A DNA stretch of 20,282 nucleotides from Eledone cirrhosa (lineage: Eukaryota). The notes beneath the pieces were generated by a model. The model made no database searches, was not told the origin of the DNA, and saw nothing but the letters and a program-made list of their open reading frames with translations. Numbering within the stretch: the stretch's first letter is position 1; each line of letters opens with the position of its first letter. A program made the translations under genes and the position numbers. The DNA lies in the NCBI GenBank assembly GCA_964016885.1, contig CAXHJY010000891.1, positions 1-20,282 on the forward strand, in the 5' to 3' direction. Below are positions 1 to 10,330 of the stretch, piece after piece.

Positions 1-48
<48 letters not shown>

Positions 49-59
49 ATATTATATAT
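1..59. repeat. (TA)n microsatellite
   Basis: Direct reading of the sequence. Confidence 0.97.
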
Positions 60-274
60 TTCGTTTCTGAATTTGTTTAGCAAGATTCTTTATCTGAAAT
101 CGTGTGTTGAAACCGATATTGTTATACTTTGGGAGGGTCATGTTGCCAATAAGAAACACACGCACCAGTTGCTTTCACTTCAATTTAATTTAATATATAT
201 TTATAAATTTACAAATTTATAAATTTCTGGTTGGTTGGTTGGTTCCACAACCAGATAGTTGTTTATATATATAT

Positions 275-319
275 AGTCATAGTTCTTTCGTCACACACTC
301 TGTGACCTCTTCAGTGACT
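275..319 (-). ncRNA. Minimal type-I hammerhead ribozyme motif (mirror copy of 418-462)
   Basis: Exact reverse complement of 418-462. Confidence 0.7.
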
Positions 320-417
320 GGGGATTTCTTTCTTCGTTTCTGTGCCTTTCCTTTCTTCTATCCTACGCCATTTTGTTTGTGTGTAGGAAAGGCACAGAAA
401 CGAAGAAAGAAATCCCC

Positions 418-462
418 AGTCACTGAAGAGGTCACAGAGTGTGTGACGAAAGAACTATGACT
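418..462 (+). ncRNA. Minimal type-I hammerhead ribozyme motif
   Basis: AGTCA-CTGAAGA-G-GTCAC(AGAGTGT)GTGAC-GAAA-GAAC-TA-TGACT. Helix I is AGTCA/TGACT, the CUGANGA and GAAA boxes are present, helix II is 5 bp, helix III is vestigial, and the cleavage triplet is CUA. Confidence 0.72.
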
Positions 463-621
463 ATATATATATAAACAACTATCTGGTTGTGGAACCAACC
501 AACCAACCAGAAATTTATAAATTTGTAAATTTATAAATATATATTAAATTAAATTGAAGTGAAAGCAACTGGTGCGTGTGTTTCTTATTGGCAACATGAC
601 CCTCCCAAAGTATAACAATAT

Positions 622-1002
<381 letters not shown>

Positions 1003-1008
<6 letters not shown>

Positions 1009-1150
1009 TAAAATAACAGATTAAAGTTTAAGCAAAGAATCGCTGCTTTCACCCTTAACGGGATCTTCTACGGTTCTTATATATCTGATATATATTTATC
1101 CTCATCGAGCCCTCTTTGGATTTTAGTCTTCAAATTTATTATTATTATTA
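1003..1150 (-). mobile_element. Short PLE 3'-end fragment (family C): endonuclease C-terminal tail plus HHR-like motif at 1035-1078
   Basis: Recurs at 10331-10477 and partly at 18503-18616. The minus strand translates [10 protein letters not shown], resembling the LKTxxPxGLN C-terminus of Neptune-type PLE endonucleases. It is followed by AAGAACCG-TAGAAGA-TCCC(GTTAA)GGGT-GAAA-GCAG-CGATTCTT. Confidence 0.6.
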
Positions 1151-1153
1151 TAT

Positions 1154-1334
1154 GGATTGGCAGTATCAGTAGAGGGTTGGACGCCATGCTTTCCAGCATA
1201 GTTATGTCCCTTTACGATCTGAGTTCAAATCCCGCCGAGGTTGACTTTGCCTTTTATCCTTACGGGGTCGATAAAATAAAAGAACCAGTAATGCACTGGG
1301 TAATTGCTGGCCTTGTGCCTAAAGTAGACACAAT

Positions 1335-1338
<4 letters not shown>
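1154..1338 (+). mobile_element. tRNA-derived SINE with a MetaSINE-like central domain (octopus-type), degraded
   Basis: A-box-like TGGCAGTATCAG and B-box GAGTTCAAATCC (1221-1232). Core GACTTTGCCTTTTATCCTTACGGGGTCGATAAAAT, tail GGCCTTGTGCCTAAAGTAG plus ATT repeats. Family recognised from memory of octopus SINE consensus. Confidence 0.8.
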
Positions 1339-1377
<39 letters not shown>

Positions 1378-1380
<3 letters not shown>

Positions 1381-1507
1381 GTGGTTACACAACAGTTAGT
1401 TCACCATACCGAGAACAATTGTTTCACCTTCGCGGATCTTCAGCTCGGGATCGTCCCTTGGACTGAGTGCTCTACCACTACGGATATTACCTTCCAGTGT
1501 TCCACCG

Positions 1508-1509
<2 letters not shown>
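1378..1509 (-). mobile_element. About 130-bp HHR-containing island (family D), probable PLE pLTR or retrozyme-like fragment
   Basis: Complex sequence bounded by (TA)n on both sides, containing a well-formed HHR. Confidence 0.6.
1409..1448 (-). ncRNA. Minimal type-I hammerhead ribozyme with palindromic helix III
   Basis: Minus strand reads CCGAG-CTGAAGA-TCC(GCGAA)GGT-GAAA-CAATTG-TT-CTCGG. Helix I is a perfect 5 bp, both core boxes are intact, ACAATTGT is self-complementary, and the triplet is GUU. Confidence 0.8.
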
Positions 1510-1550
<41 letters not shown>

Positions 1551-1594
1551 TTATATATATATATATATTTATAATATATATTTATATATATATA

Positions 1595-1645
<51 letters not shown>

Positions 1646-1647
1646 TT

Positions 1648-1717
<70 letters not shown>

Positions 1718-1752
1718 ATATATTATATATTTATATATATATATATATTATA

Positions 1753-1794
<42 letters not shown>

Positions 1795-1824
1795 ATATAT
1801 TATATATTTATATATATATATATT

Positions 1825-1860
<36 letters not shown>

Positions 1861-1866
1861 TATATT

Positions 1867-1897
<31 letters not shown>

Positions 1898-1911
1898 ATT
1901 TATATATATAT
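1510..1911. repeat. Interrupted (TA)n microsatellite
   Basis: Direct reading of the sequence. Confidence 0.97.
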
Positions 1912-1912
1912 A

Positions 1913-2100
1913 AAGGAATTGTGGTAAGGAACCAGATGGACCATAACGGCTAATTCTGGACTCAGTCCAGAATTAGCCGTCGAAACGGCTTGAGCTCAGC
2001 CGTCGGGGTCCTACTCGTTCCTATTACCCACTCTACTACCCTAAGTATTGAGTACTTTGGTGCGTTATGGTCCACCTGGTTCCTTACCACATTTCCTTCG
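1913..2100 (+). mobile_element. Family B repeat (probable PLE pLTR) with 36-bp inverted ends and the 3' part of a hammerhead
   Basis: 1913-1948 and 2063-2098 are inverted (34/36 match). A palindrome with 17-bp arms spans 1946-1980, followed by GAAA-CGGCT(TGAGCTC)AGCCG-TC-GGGGTC. Homologous copies occur at 4881-5016 and 18011-18197. Confidence 0.7.
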
Positions 2101-2142
<42 letters not shown>

Positions 2143-2323
2143 CAGACTGGTGTATATCTTCTCTGTTACTCAGAGTTTCGTGAAGTAAAAACAACTCCGA
2201 ATACCTTAAAAGGTATACAATAGTTTTTAACACAAAATAATATATTTACTTCTATCATTTCATATTGAGGTCTCTTTCTTTATTAATTACAACCATACAG
2301 TTAGGCAATATATATATAAATAC

Positions 2324-3895
2324 GTGTGTGTGTGTGTATGTGCATGTGTGTGTGTGTGTGCAGCTGTGTGTGGCTCTGTGTACGTGTCTACTGTCGTAGA
2401 GTATGTGTGTGAGTGTCTTTGTCTATGTGTATGTGTGCCAGTGTGTGTGTGTGTCGGTCTGGGTGAGTGTGTGTGTCTGTGTGTCGGTGTGTGTGATGTG
2501 TGTGAGTGTCTTTGTCTATGTGAATGTGTGCCAGTGTGTGTGTGTGTCTGTCTGTGTTAGTGTGTGTGTCTGTGTGTCGGTGTGTGTGATGTGTGTGAGT
2601 GTCTTTGTCTATGTGAATGTGTGCCTGTGTGTGTCGGTCTGTGTGAGTGTGTGTGTCTGTGTGTCGGTGTGTGTGATGTGTGTGAGTGTCTTTGTCTATG
2701 TGAATGTGTGCCAGTGTGTGTGTGTGTGAGTGTGTGTGTCTGTGTGTCGGTCTGTGTGAGTGTGTGTGTCTGTGTGTCGGTGTGTGTGATGTGTGTGAGT
2801 GTCTTTGTCTATGTGAATGTGTGCCAGTGTGTGTGTGTGTCGGTCTGTGTGAGTGTGTGTGTCTGTGTGTCGGTGTGTGTGATGTGTGTGAGTGTCTTTG
2901 TCTATGTGAATGTGTGCCAGTGTGTGTGTGTGTCGTTCTGTGTGAGTGTGTGTGTCTGTGTGTCGGTGTGTGTGAGTGTATTTGTCTATGTGTATGTGTG
3001 CCAGTGTGTGTGTGTGTCGGTCTGTGTGAGTGTGTGTGTCTGTGTGTCGGTGTGTGTGATGTGTGTGAGTGTCTTTGTCTATGTGAATGTGTGCCAGTGT
3101 GTGTGTGTGTCTGTCTTTGTGAGTGTGTGTGTCTGTGTGTCGGTGTGTGTGAGTGTATTTGTCTATGTGTATGTGTGCCAGTGTGTGTGTGTGTCTGTCT
3201 GGGGGAGAGTGTGTGTCTGTGTGTCGGTGTGTGTGATGTGTGTGAGTGTCTTTGTCTATGTGAATGTGTGCCAGTGTGTGTGTGTGTCGGTCTGTGTGAG
3301 TGTGTGTGTCTGTGTGTCGGTGTGTGTGATGTGTGTGAGTGTCTTTGTCTATGTGAATGTGTGCCAGTGTGTGTGTGTGTCGGTCTGTGTGAGTGTGTGT
3401 GTTTGTGTGTCGGTGTGTGTGAGTGTATTTGTCTATGTGTATGTGTGCCAGTGTGTGTGTGTGTGTCGGTCTGTGTGAGTGTGTGTGTCTGTGTGTCGGT
3501 GTGTGTGATGTGTGTGAGTGTCTTTGTCTATGTGAATGTGTGCCAGTGTGTGTGTGTGTCTGTCTGTGTGAGTGTGTGTGTCTGTGTGTCGGTCTGTGTG
3601 AGTGTGTGTTTCTGTGTGTCGGTGTGTGTGATGTGTGTGAGTGTCTTTGTCTATGTGAATGTGTGCCAGTGTGTGTGTGAGTCGGTCTGTGTGAGTGTGT
3701 GTGTCTGTGTGTCGGTGTGAGTGATGTGTGTGAGTGTCTTTGTCTATGTGTATGTGTGCCAGTGTGTGTGTGTGTCGGTCTGTGTGAGTGTGTGTGTCTG
3801 TGTGTCGGTGTGATGTGATGGGTGAGTGTGTCTGTGTGTCGGTGTGTGTGAGTGTATCTGTGTGTGCAAGTGTGTGTGTGAGAGAGTGTGTGTTT
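2324..3895. repeat. (GT)n-derived higher-order minisatellite, about 15 units mostly 84-94 bp
   Basis: The anchor TTTGTCTATGTG(A/T)ATGTGTGCCAG recurs at roughly regular spacing in a GT background. Confidence 0.92.
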
Positions 3896-3959
3896 ACGCA
3901 TATATATGGTATGAAACATTGTGTGGCTTTCCCTCGATGTTACAATTAGACATTTGGAA

Positions 3960-4135
3960 ATAGAGAGATAGAGAGAGATAGAGAGGGATAGAGAGAGATA
4001 GAGAGGAATAGAAAGATAGAGAGAGAGAGAGAGAAAGGTAAAGAGCGAGAAAGAGTATGGTAATAGAGCGGTAGAGATATATAGAGAGATATATAGAGAG
4101 GTAGAGAGTGGGAGATATACAGATATAGAGAGGTG
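3960..4135. repeat. (GA)n/(GATA)n low-complexity tract
   Basis: Direct reading of the sequence. Confidence 0.9.
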
Positions 4136-4140
4136 TGGAC

Positions 4141-4211
4141 ATACACACATACATACATACATACATACATACATACATACATACATACATACATACATAC
4201 ATACATACATA
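4141..4211. repeat. (ATAC)n microsatellite, probably the 3' tail or target of the adjacent element
   Basis: Directly abuts the 3' end of the minus-strand element at 4212. Confidence 0.9.
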
Positions 4212-4817
4212 GTGGCTGCCAACTCGTTTTCGAGTACGGCCACTACTTTATATCCATCTAGGAGAACCCCTACCGATGCGTTGAACGAGTGTGACTTTTT
4301 AGTCCAGCCAGCGACTTGAAAACTCTGGTACAAACACTACACTTGTGACAATTATTGACACATAGTGCTGGGCCCATGGTACCATGTGAGGACAAGTGCA
4401 GAGAGATCTCCAGATATAAAGCAATGCCTGTGCCGAGAAGCTTTTATAGTGAGCAAAGGCACTGCACAAAGCCAGTCCCACTCTCTTAACCAAGATGATA
4501 TTTACCAAAAAGAAGAACAAGTCAACATCATTGGATACCATCAGGGTTGAAGGTGTTATATCAGAGTTTTCCTTCTACTAGAATTCTGCCTTTACAAAGG
4601 CTAAGGGGTCATCTCTCCCAGTGATTTGGGATGGCCATTGACTCTAAAGAGCTCCTTTGCCCTTTGACAGGTTTTGTTTTTAGTCCTGCAGGATGTCCAA
4701 AGTCACCCTCCTCACCAAGAAACCTTGGTGGGGTTGCCAGTTTAGTCGCCAACGACCCGACCATGGGACAGGTGGTACTGGGATACATGTTACCAGTAGT
4801 ACCATCTGGTGACCTGA
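4212..4817 (-). mobile_element. Non-autonomous RTE-derived retroelement (RTE 5'-UTR-like part joined to an RTE 3' end)
   Basis: Minus strand 4350-4270 encodes CHKCSVCTRVFKSLAGLKSHTRSTHR*, a C2H2 finger typical of RTE ORF C-termini. A short 3' hairpin CTCG-AAAA-CGAG and an (ATGT)n tail follow. The upstream GAAGGAAAACTCTGAT resembles an RTE 5'-UTR motif. A second copy is at 19249-19658. Confidence 0.7.
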
Positions 4818-4880
4818 CATACATACATACATACACACATACATACATACATACATACACATATATATATATATATATAA

Positions 4881-5016
4881 TGTCGGATCTAGCTGTCGAA
4901 ACGGCCGGAACTCAGTCGTCGTGGTCCTGACTCTTTTCCTATTACCCACTCTACTACCCTAAGTATCGAGTACTCTGGTGCGTTAGGGTCCACCTGGTAT
5001 CTTATCACACGTTTGT
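4881..5016 (+). mobile_element. Diverged copy of family B repeat
   Basis: GTCGAAACGGC...GTCGTGGTCC...CCTATTACCCACTCTACTACCCTAAGTA matches 1979-2095. Flanked by (TA)n. Confidence 0.8.
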
Positions 5017-5102
5017 TATATATATATATATAATCGAATAGTTAACTCTCCCTTTCTCTCACCCTCTCTCCTTTTCACTTTCTCTTTATATATATGTATG
5101 TA

Positions 5103-5151
<49 letters not shown>

Positions 5152-5209
5152 ATATTTAGAGATATATAGCGAAGTAGACGTACATATATATATACACACA
5201 CACGCATAT

Positions 5210-6555
5210 AGGAAGTATATAAGAGATATATAAGAGATATATAGAGCTATATAGAGATATATAGAATTGTAGAGATGAAGACATATTTGATATATAGTAA
5301 CATATAGGAATATATAAGAATATCTAGAAATATATAGGAATATATAGGAATATATAGGAATATATAGGAATATACAGAAATATATAGGAATATATAGAAA
5401 TATATAGAAACATATAGGAATATATAGAAATATATAGAAATATATAGAAATATATAGAAATATATAGGAATATATAGGAATATATAGGAATATATAGGAA
5501 TATATGGAAATATATAGAAATATATAGGAATATATAGGAATATATAGGAATATACAGAAATATATAGGAATATATAGAAATATATAGGAATATATAGGAA
5601 TATATAGGAATATACAGGAATATATAGGAATATACAGAAATATATAGGAATATATAGGAATATATAGGAATTACTCTTTTACTCTTTTACCTGTTTCAGC
5701 CATCCGGCTGAGGCCATGCTATATAGGAATATATAGGAATATATAGGAATATATAGGAATATATAGAAATATATAGGTATATATAGAAATATATAGGAAT
5801 ATATAGAAATATATAGGAATATATAGGAATATATAGGAATATACAGGAATATATAGGAATATATAGGAATATATAGGAATATATAGGAATATATAGAAAT
5901 ATATAGAAATATATAGGAATATATAGAAATATATAGGAATATATAGAAATATACAGGAATATATAGGAATATATAGGAATATATAGGAATATATAGGAAT
6001 ATATAGAAATATATAGGAAAATCTAGAAATATATAGAAATATACAGGAATATATAGGAATATATAGAAATATATAGGAATATATAGAAATATATAGGAAA
6101 ATCTAGAAATATATAGGAATATATAGAAATATATAGGAATATATAGGAATATACAGGAATATATAGGAATATATAGGAATATACAGGAATATATAGGAAT
6201 ATATAGAAATATATAGGAATATATAGGAATATACAGGAATATATAGGAATATATAGGAATATACAGGAATATATAGAAATATATAGAAATATATAGGAAT
6301 ATATAGAAATATATAGGAAAATCTAAAAATATATAGGAATATATAGAAATATATAGAAATATATAGGAATATACAGGAATATATAGGAATATATAGAAAT
6401 ATACAGGAATATATAGAAATATATAGAAATATATAGGAATATATAGGAATATATAGAAATATATAGGAAAATCTAGAAATATATAGAAATATACAGGAAT
6501 ATACAGGAATATATAGGAATATATAGGAATATATAGGAATATATAGGAATATATA
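5210..6555. repeat. 10-bp minisatellite (ATATATAGGA / ATATATAGAA / ATATACAGGA)n
   Basis: Strict 10-bp period is visible in the column alignment. Confidence 0.96.
5671..5720 (-). mobile_element. 3' tail of an octopus-type SINE/LINE inserted in the decamer array
   Basis: Minus strand reads AGCATGGCCTCAGCCGGATGGCTGAAACAGGTAAAAGAGTAAAAGAGTAA, a hairpin followed by a (GTAAAAGA)n tail. Confidence 0.7.
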
Positions 6556-6655
6556 GACACAGAGAAATGCATTTAATTGGCCTAATTCTGAGAAAACATT
6601 ATTGGAAAATATTTTCGTTTTTAATTTCCCTTTCTATTTAATTGGATGTCTGCAG

Positions 6656-6749
6656 GGAGATCGTTAATAGGGCTTCAGAGAGTGAGGAAGGTGAACGCTA
6701 TGTCACGAAACTTAATGATGTTTACAACTGCTTGTCTAAAACCAGTTAG
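6656..6749 (+). CDS. Possible short host exon (EIVNRASESEEGERYVTKLNDVYNCLSKTS*)
   Basis: A pyrimidine tract and TGCAG acceptor end at 6655, followed by an open 30-codon frame in non-repetitive sequence. No homology recognised. Confidence 0.2.
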
Positions 6750-6817
6750 AAAAAGGCTTTAATAATAATACAATGTAAATTATTCACGGACTTTCAATCG
6801 ATACTGGAGTTCAGAAC

Positions 6818-6857
6818 TATCTATCTATCTTTATATCTATCTCTATATCTATCTCTA

Positions 6858-6906
<49 letters not shown>

Positions 6907-7104
6907 GTCCCTCCGTCTCTCTCTATCTATATCTATATGTGTGTGTGTGTGCATGTGTGTATGTGTGTATGTGTGTGTTTATATATATATATGTGTGTGT
7001 ATATTTAAATATATATATATATGTGTGTGTGTGTTTGTATTTATATATACACGCACACACACAAATCAAATATATACCTATGTGTATATATATTAATGTA
7101 TTTT

Positions 7105-7150
<46 letters not shown>

Positions 7151-7705
7151 TTCACATACATATATCTTCACATATATATACATATATTCACATATATATA
7201 TATATTCACATACATATATATTCACATATATATACATATATTCACATATATATATATTCACATATATATATATTCACATATATATATATATATTCACATA
7301 GATATATATTCTCATATATATATATATATATTCACATAGATATATATTCACATATATATATATTCACATATATATACATATATTCACATATATATATATT
7401 CACATATATATATTCACACATATATATATATTCACATATATATATATTCACATATATATATATTCACATATATATATATTCACATATATATATATTCACA
7501 TATATATACATATATTCACATATATATATATATTCACATACATATATATTCACATATATATACATATATTCACATATATATATATTCACATACATATATA
7601 TTCACATATATATACATATATTCACATATATATATATTCACATACATATATATTCACATATATATACATATATTCACATATATATATTCACATATATACA
7701 TATAC
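6818..7705. repeat. (TATC)n, then TA/GT microsatellite, then an ATATTCAC(AT)n minisatellite
   Basis: Direct reading of the sequence. Confidence 0.93.
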
Positions 7706-7824
7706 AATTATATGTGTTTCTTTTTTAATGTCTAGTTATAATAATTCTGTATTCATTTTTCTTTTCTCTGAAATAAAACATCGTCGGCTATAACCTTGAG
7801 ATGTTCCTTTAAAAACACCATTAA

Positions 7825-8793
7825 GTTAGACAATGTGTGACTCAGTTCAATGTCAGTAATACCTCAGGTAACTACTAATGAAATATTGGTACACTCTTCG
7901 TAGTAAGAGACGAAGGTCCGTTAGACAATGATTCAGTACAGAGTATAGTTTACACCTCAGGAGAGTACTGACGAAATATTGGTACAGTCTTCGTAGTAAC
8001 AGATGGAGGTCCGTTAGACAATGTGTCACTCAGTACACAGTATAGTTTACACCTCAGGAGACTACTAATGAAATACTGCTACAGTCTTCGTAGTAACAGA
8101 TGGAGGTCCGTTAGACAATGAGTGACTCAGTACAGAGTATAGTTTACACCTCAGGAGAGTACTGACGAAATATTGGTACAGTCTTCGTAGTAACAGATGG
8201 AGGTCCGTTAGACAATGAATGACTCAGTACAGAGTATAGTTTACACCTCAGGAGACGATTGACGAAATATTGGTACAGTCTTCGTAGTAACAGATGGAGG
8301 TCCGTTAGACAATGTGTGACTCAGTACAGAGTATAGTTTACACCTCAGGAGACGATTGACGAAATATTGGTACAGTCTTCGTAGTAACAGATGGAGGTCC
8401 GTTAGACAATGTGTGACTCAGTACAGAGTATAGTTTACACCTCAGGAGAGTACTGATGAAATATTGGTACAGTCTTCGTAGTAACAGATGGAAGTCCGTT
8501 AGACAATGAGTGACTCAGTACAGAGTATAGTTTACACCTCAGGAGACTACTGACGAAATATTGGTACAGTCTTCGTAGTAACAGATGGGGGTCCGTTAGA
8601 CAATGTGTGACTCAGTACACAGTATAGTTTACACCTCAGGAGACTACTGACGAAATATTGGTACAGTCTTCGTAGTAACAGATGGAGGTCCGTTAGACAA
8701 TGAGTGACTCAGTACAGAGTATAGTTTACACCTCAGGAGACTACTGACGAAATATTGGTACAGTCTTCGTAGTAACAGGTGGAGGTGGAGGTC
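7825..8793. repeat. Tandem satellite, 10 units of about 97 bp
   Basis: GTTAGACAAT starts at 7825, 7920, 8013, 8110, 8207, 8304, 8401, 8498, 8595 and 8692. The first unit is the most diverged. Confidence 0.96.
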
Positions 8794-8939
8794 ATTGAAA
8801 CACGGGAAAATATGACTTGCAGGTCAACGACTTATTATATTCTATTATATTCTGGGGCTAACCGTTATTTTCTCAGTGCAATTTGGTAAAAGGAAATAGC
8901 AGACGACCCTCAATAAAAAAAATAAAAAATTAAAAAAAC

Positions 8940-9293
8940 ATATATATATATATACATATATATATATGCATGTATGTATGTATGTATGTGTGTGAGTTTG
9001 TATGTATAATGTATATATATATATATACAGTATATATAATTATTTATATATATGTATATATATATACATGTATATACACGTATGTGTATTATATAAAATA
9101 TACACGTATATATATGCAAAAGTTTTATTTAAGATTGTTGGGTTACAACGAGTAAATATTTTATAACTGATATAATGCATATATATATAACTGATATAAT
9201 ACATATGCGTATATATATATATATTATATATATACACATATATACATCTATACATATATATAAATAAATATATCTTATTTATATAAACAAGAA

Positions 9294-9328
<35 letters not shown>

Positions 9329-9753
9329 GCACTACGCAAACACCCATACAGGAACCCTTTCACGCTCACACCGCCTTCTCCCATACTCATCCCCCACCCC
9401 TCCACACTAAACACCCACCCACTCACACACTAACTGAAGCTAGAGAGACCCACCGTCTTTTTTGGTAATAATTGGAATCCAGAAAATGTCGCCGAAAACA
9501 ACAATAAAAATAATTCTTTCCTTATTATCCACAAACACACACACACACATAAAAACACACATATAACATAAATATACACACGCCCCCCCTCCCCCTATAT
9601 ATATATTATATATATATGGATACATATACATGAGCACAAAAATATAAATATATATATACAAATATACACGCGCAATATATATATATATATATGTATATAC
9701 ATATATATATGTATATATATATATGTATGTGTGTGTATATAAATATATGTAAG

Positions 9754-9788
<35 letters not shown>

Positions 9789-9950
9789 ATATAAATATAT
9801 GTAAGTATATATACATATATATATATGTATATATTTATATATATATGTGAGTGTGTGTATATAGATAGGTATATATATATATATATATGTGAGTGTGTGT
9901 ATATAGATAGGTATATATATATATATTTATGTGAGTGTGTCTATATAGAT

Positions 9951-10005
<55 letters not shown>

Positions 10006-10020
10006 TGTGTCTATATAGAT

Positions 10021-10055
<35 letters not shown>

Positions 10056-10191
10056 AGTGTGTGTATATAGATATGTATATATATGTATATATATATATAT
10101 ATGTGTGTATGTAGATATATATATATACACACATACATATGTATGTATATATATATATATATATATACATACATATGTATATATATGTATG

Positions 10192-10223
<32 letters not shown>

Positions 10224-10240
10224 AATATAAACATATGTAT

Positions 10241-10299
<59 letters not shown>

Positions 10300-10330
10300 G
10301 ATACATATGTATGTATATATAAATATATAT
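8940..10330. repeat. TA-rich low-complexity region with a short C-rich unique island (about 9330-9600)
   Basis: Direct reading of the sequence. Confidence 0.85.

Larger units (their letters stand above)
60..621. mobile_element. Penelope-like element terminal repeat (pLTR family A) in inverted arrangement: 237-bp arms 116-352 and 385-621, 32-bp spacer
   Basis: The arms are reverse complements with no mismatch found by eye. The terminal motif ATGACCCTCCC.AAGTATAACAATAT...ACACACGATTTCA recurs at 15059-15106, downstream of a GIY-YIG ORF. Each arm contains an HHR motif. The whole unit is flanked by (TA)n. Confidence 0.85.

Noticed and set aside
239-460. 73-aa ORF across the inverted repeat
   Set aside because: It spans the palindrome centre of a non-coding pLTR and has no recognisable protein features.
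1154-1240. tRNA gene suggested by A and B boxes
   Set aside because: No cloverleaf can be formed and the sequence continues into a SINE body and tail.
1913-2098. MITE with 36-bp TIRs and a TA target
   Set aside because: Other copies have no inversion (4881) or a different one (18085-18197), which fits PLE-type inversion better. Not fully excluded.
2141-2220. Minus-strand GAAA-CTCTG(AGTAA)CAGAG hairpin as hammerhead helix III
   Set aside because: No UH follows the helix and there is no CUGANGA upstream.
4299-4550. Short ORFs conserved between the two RTE-derived copies
   Set aside because: Conservation reflects recent duplication. Only the zinc-finger codons at 4270-4350, in another frame, resemble real protein.
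7825-8793. 97-bp array as a CRISPR array, coding repeat or hammerhead array (contains CTGACGA)
   Set aside because: There are no unique spacers or cas genes and the context is eukaryotic. The period is not a multiple of three and frames hit stops. CTGACGA overlaps the only GAAA, so no helix II can form.
9380-9425. Minus-strand G-quadruplex-like G tracts
   Set aside because: Loops are irregular and the context is low-complexity, with nothing to support function.
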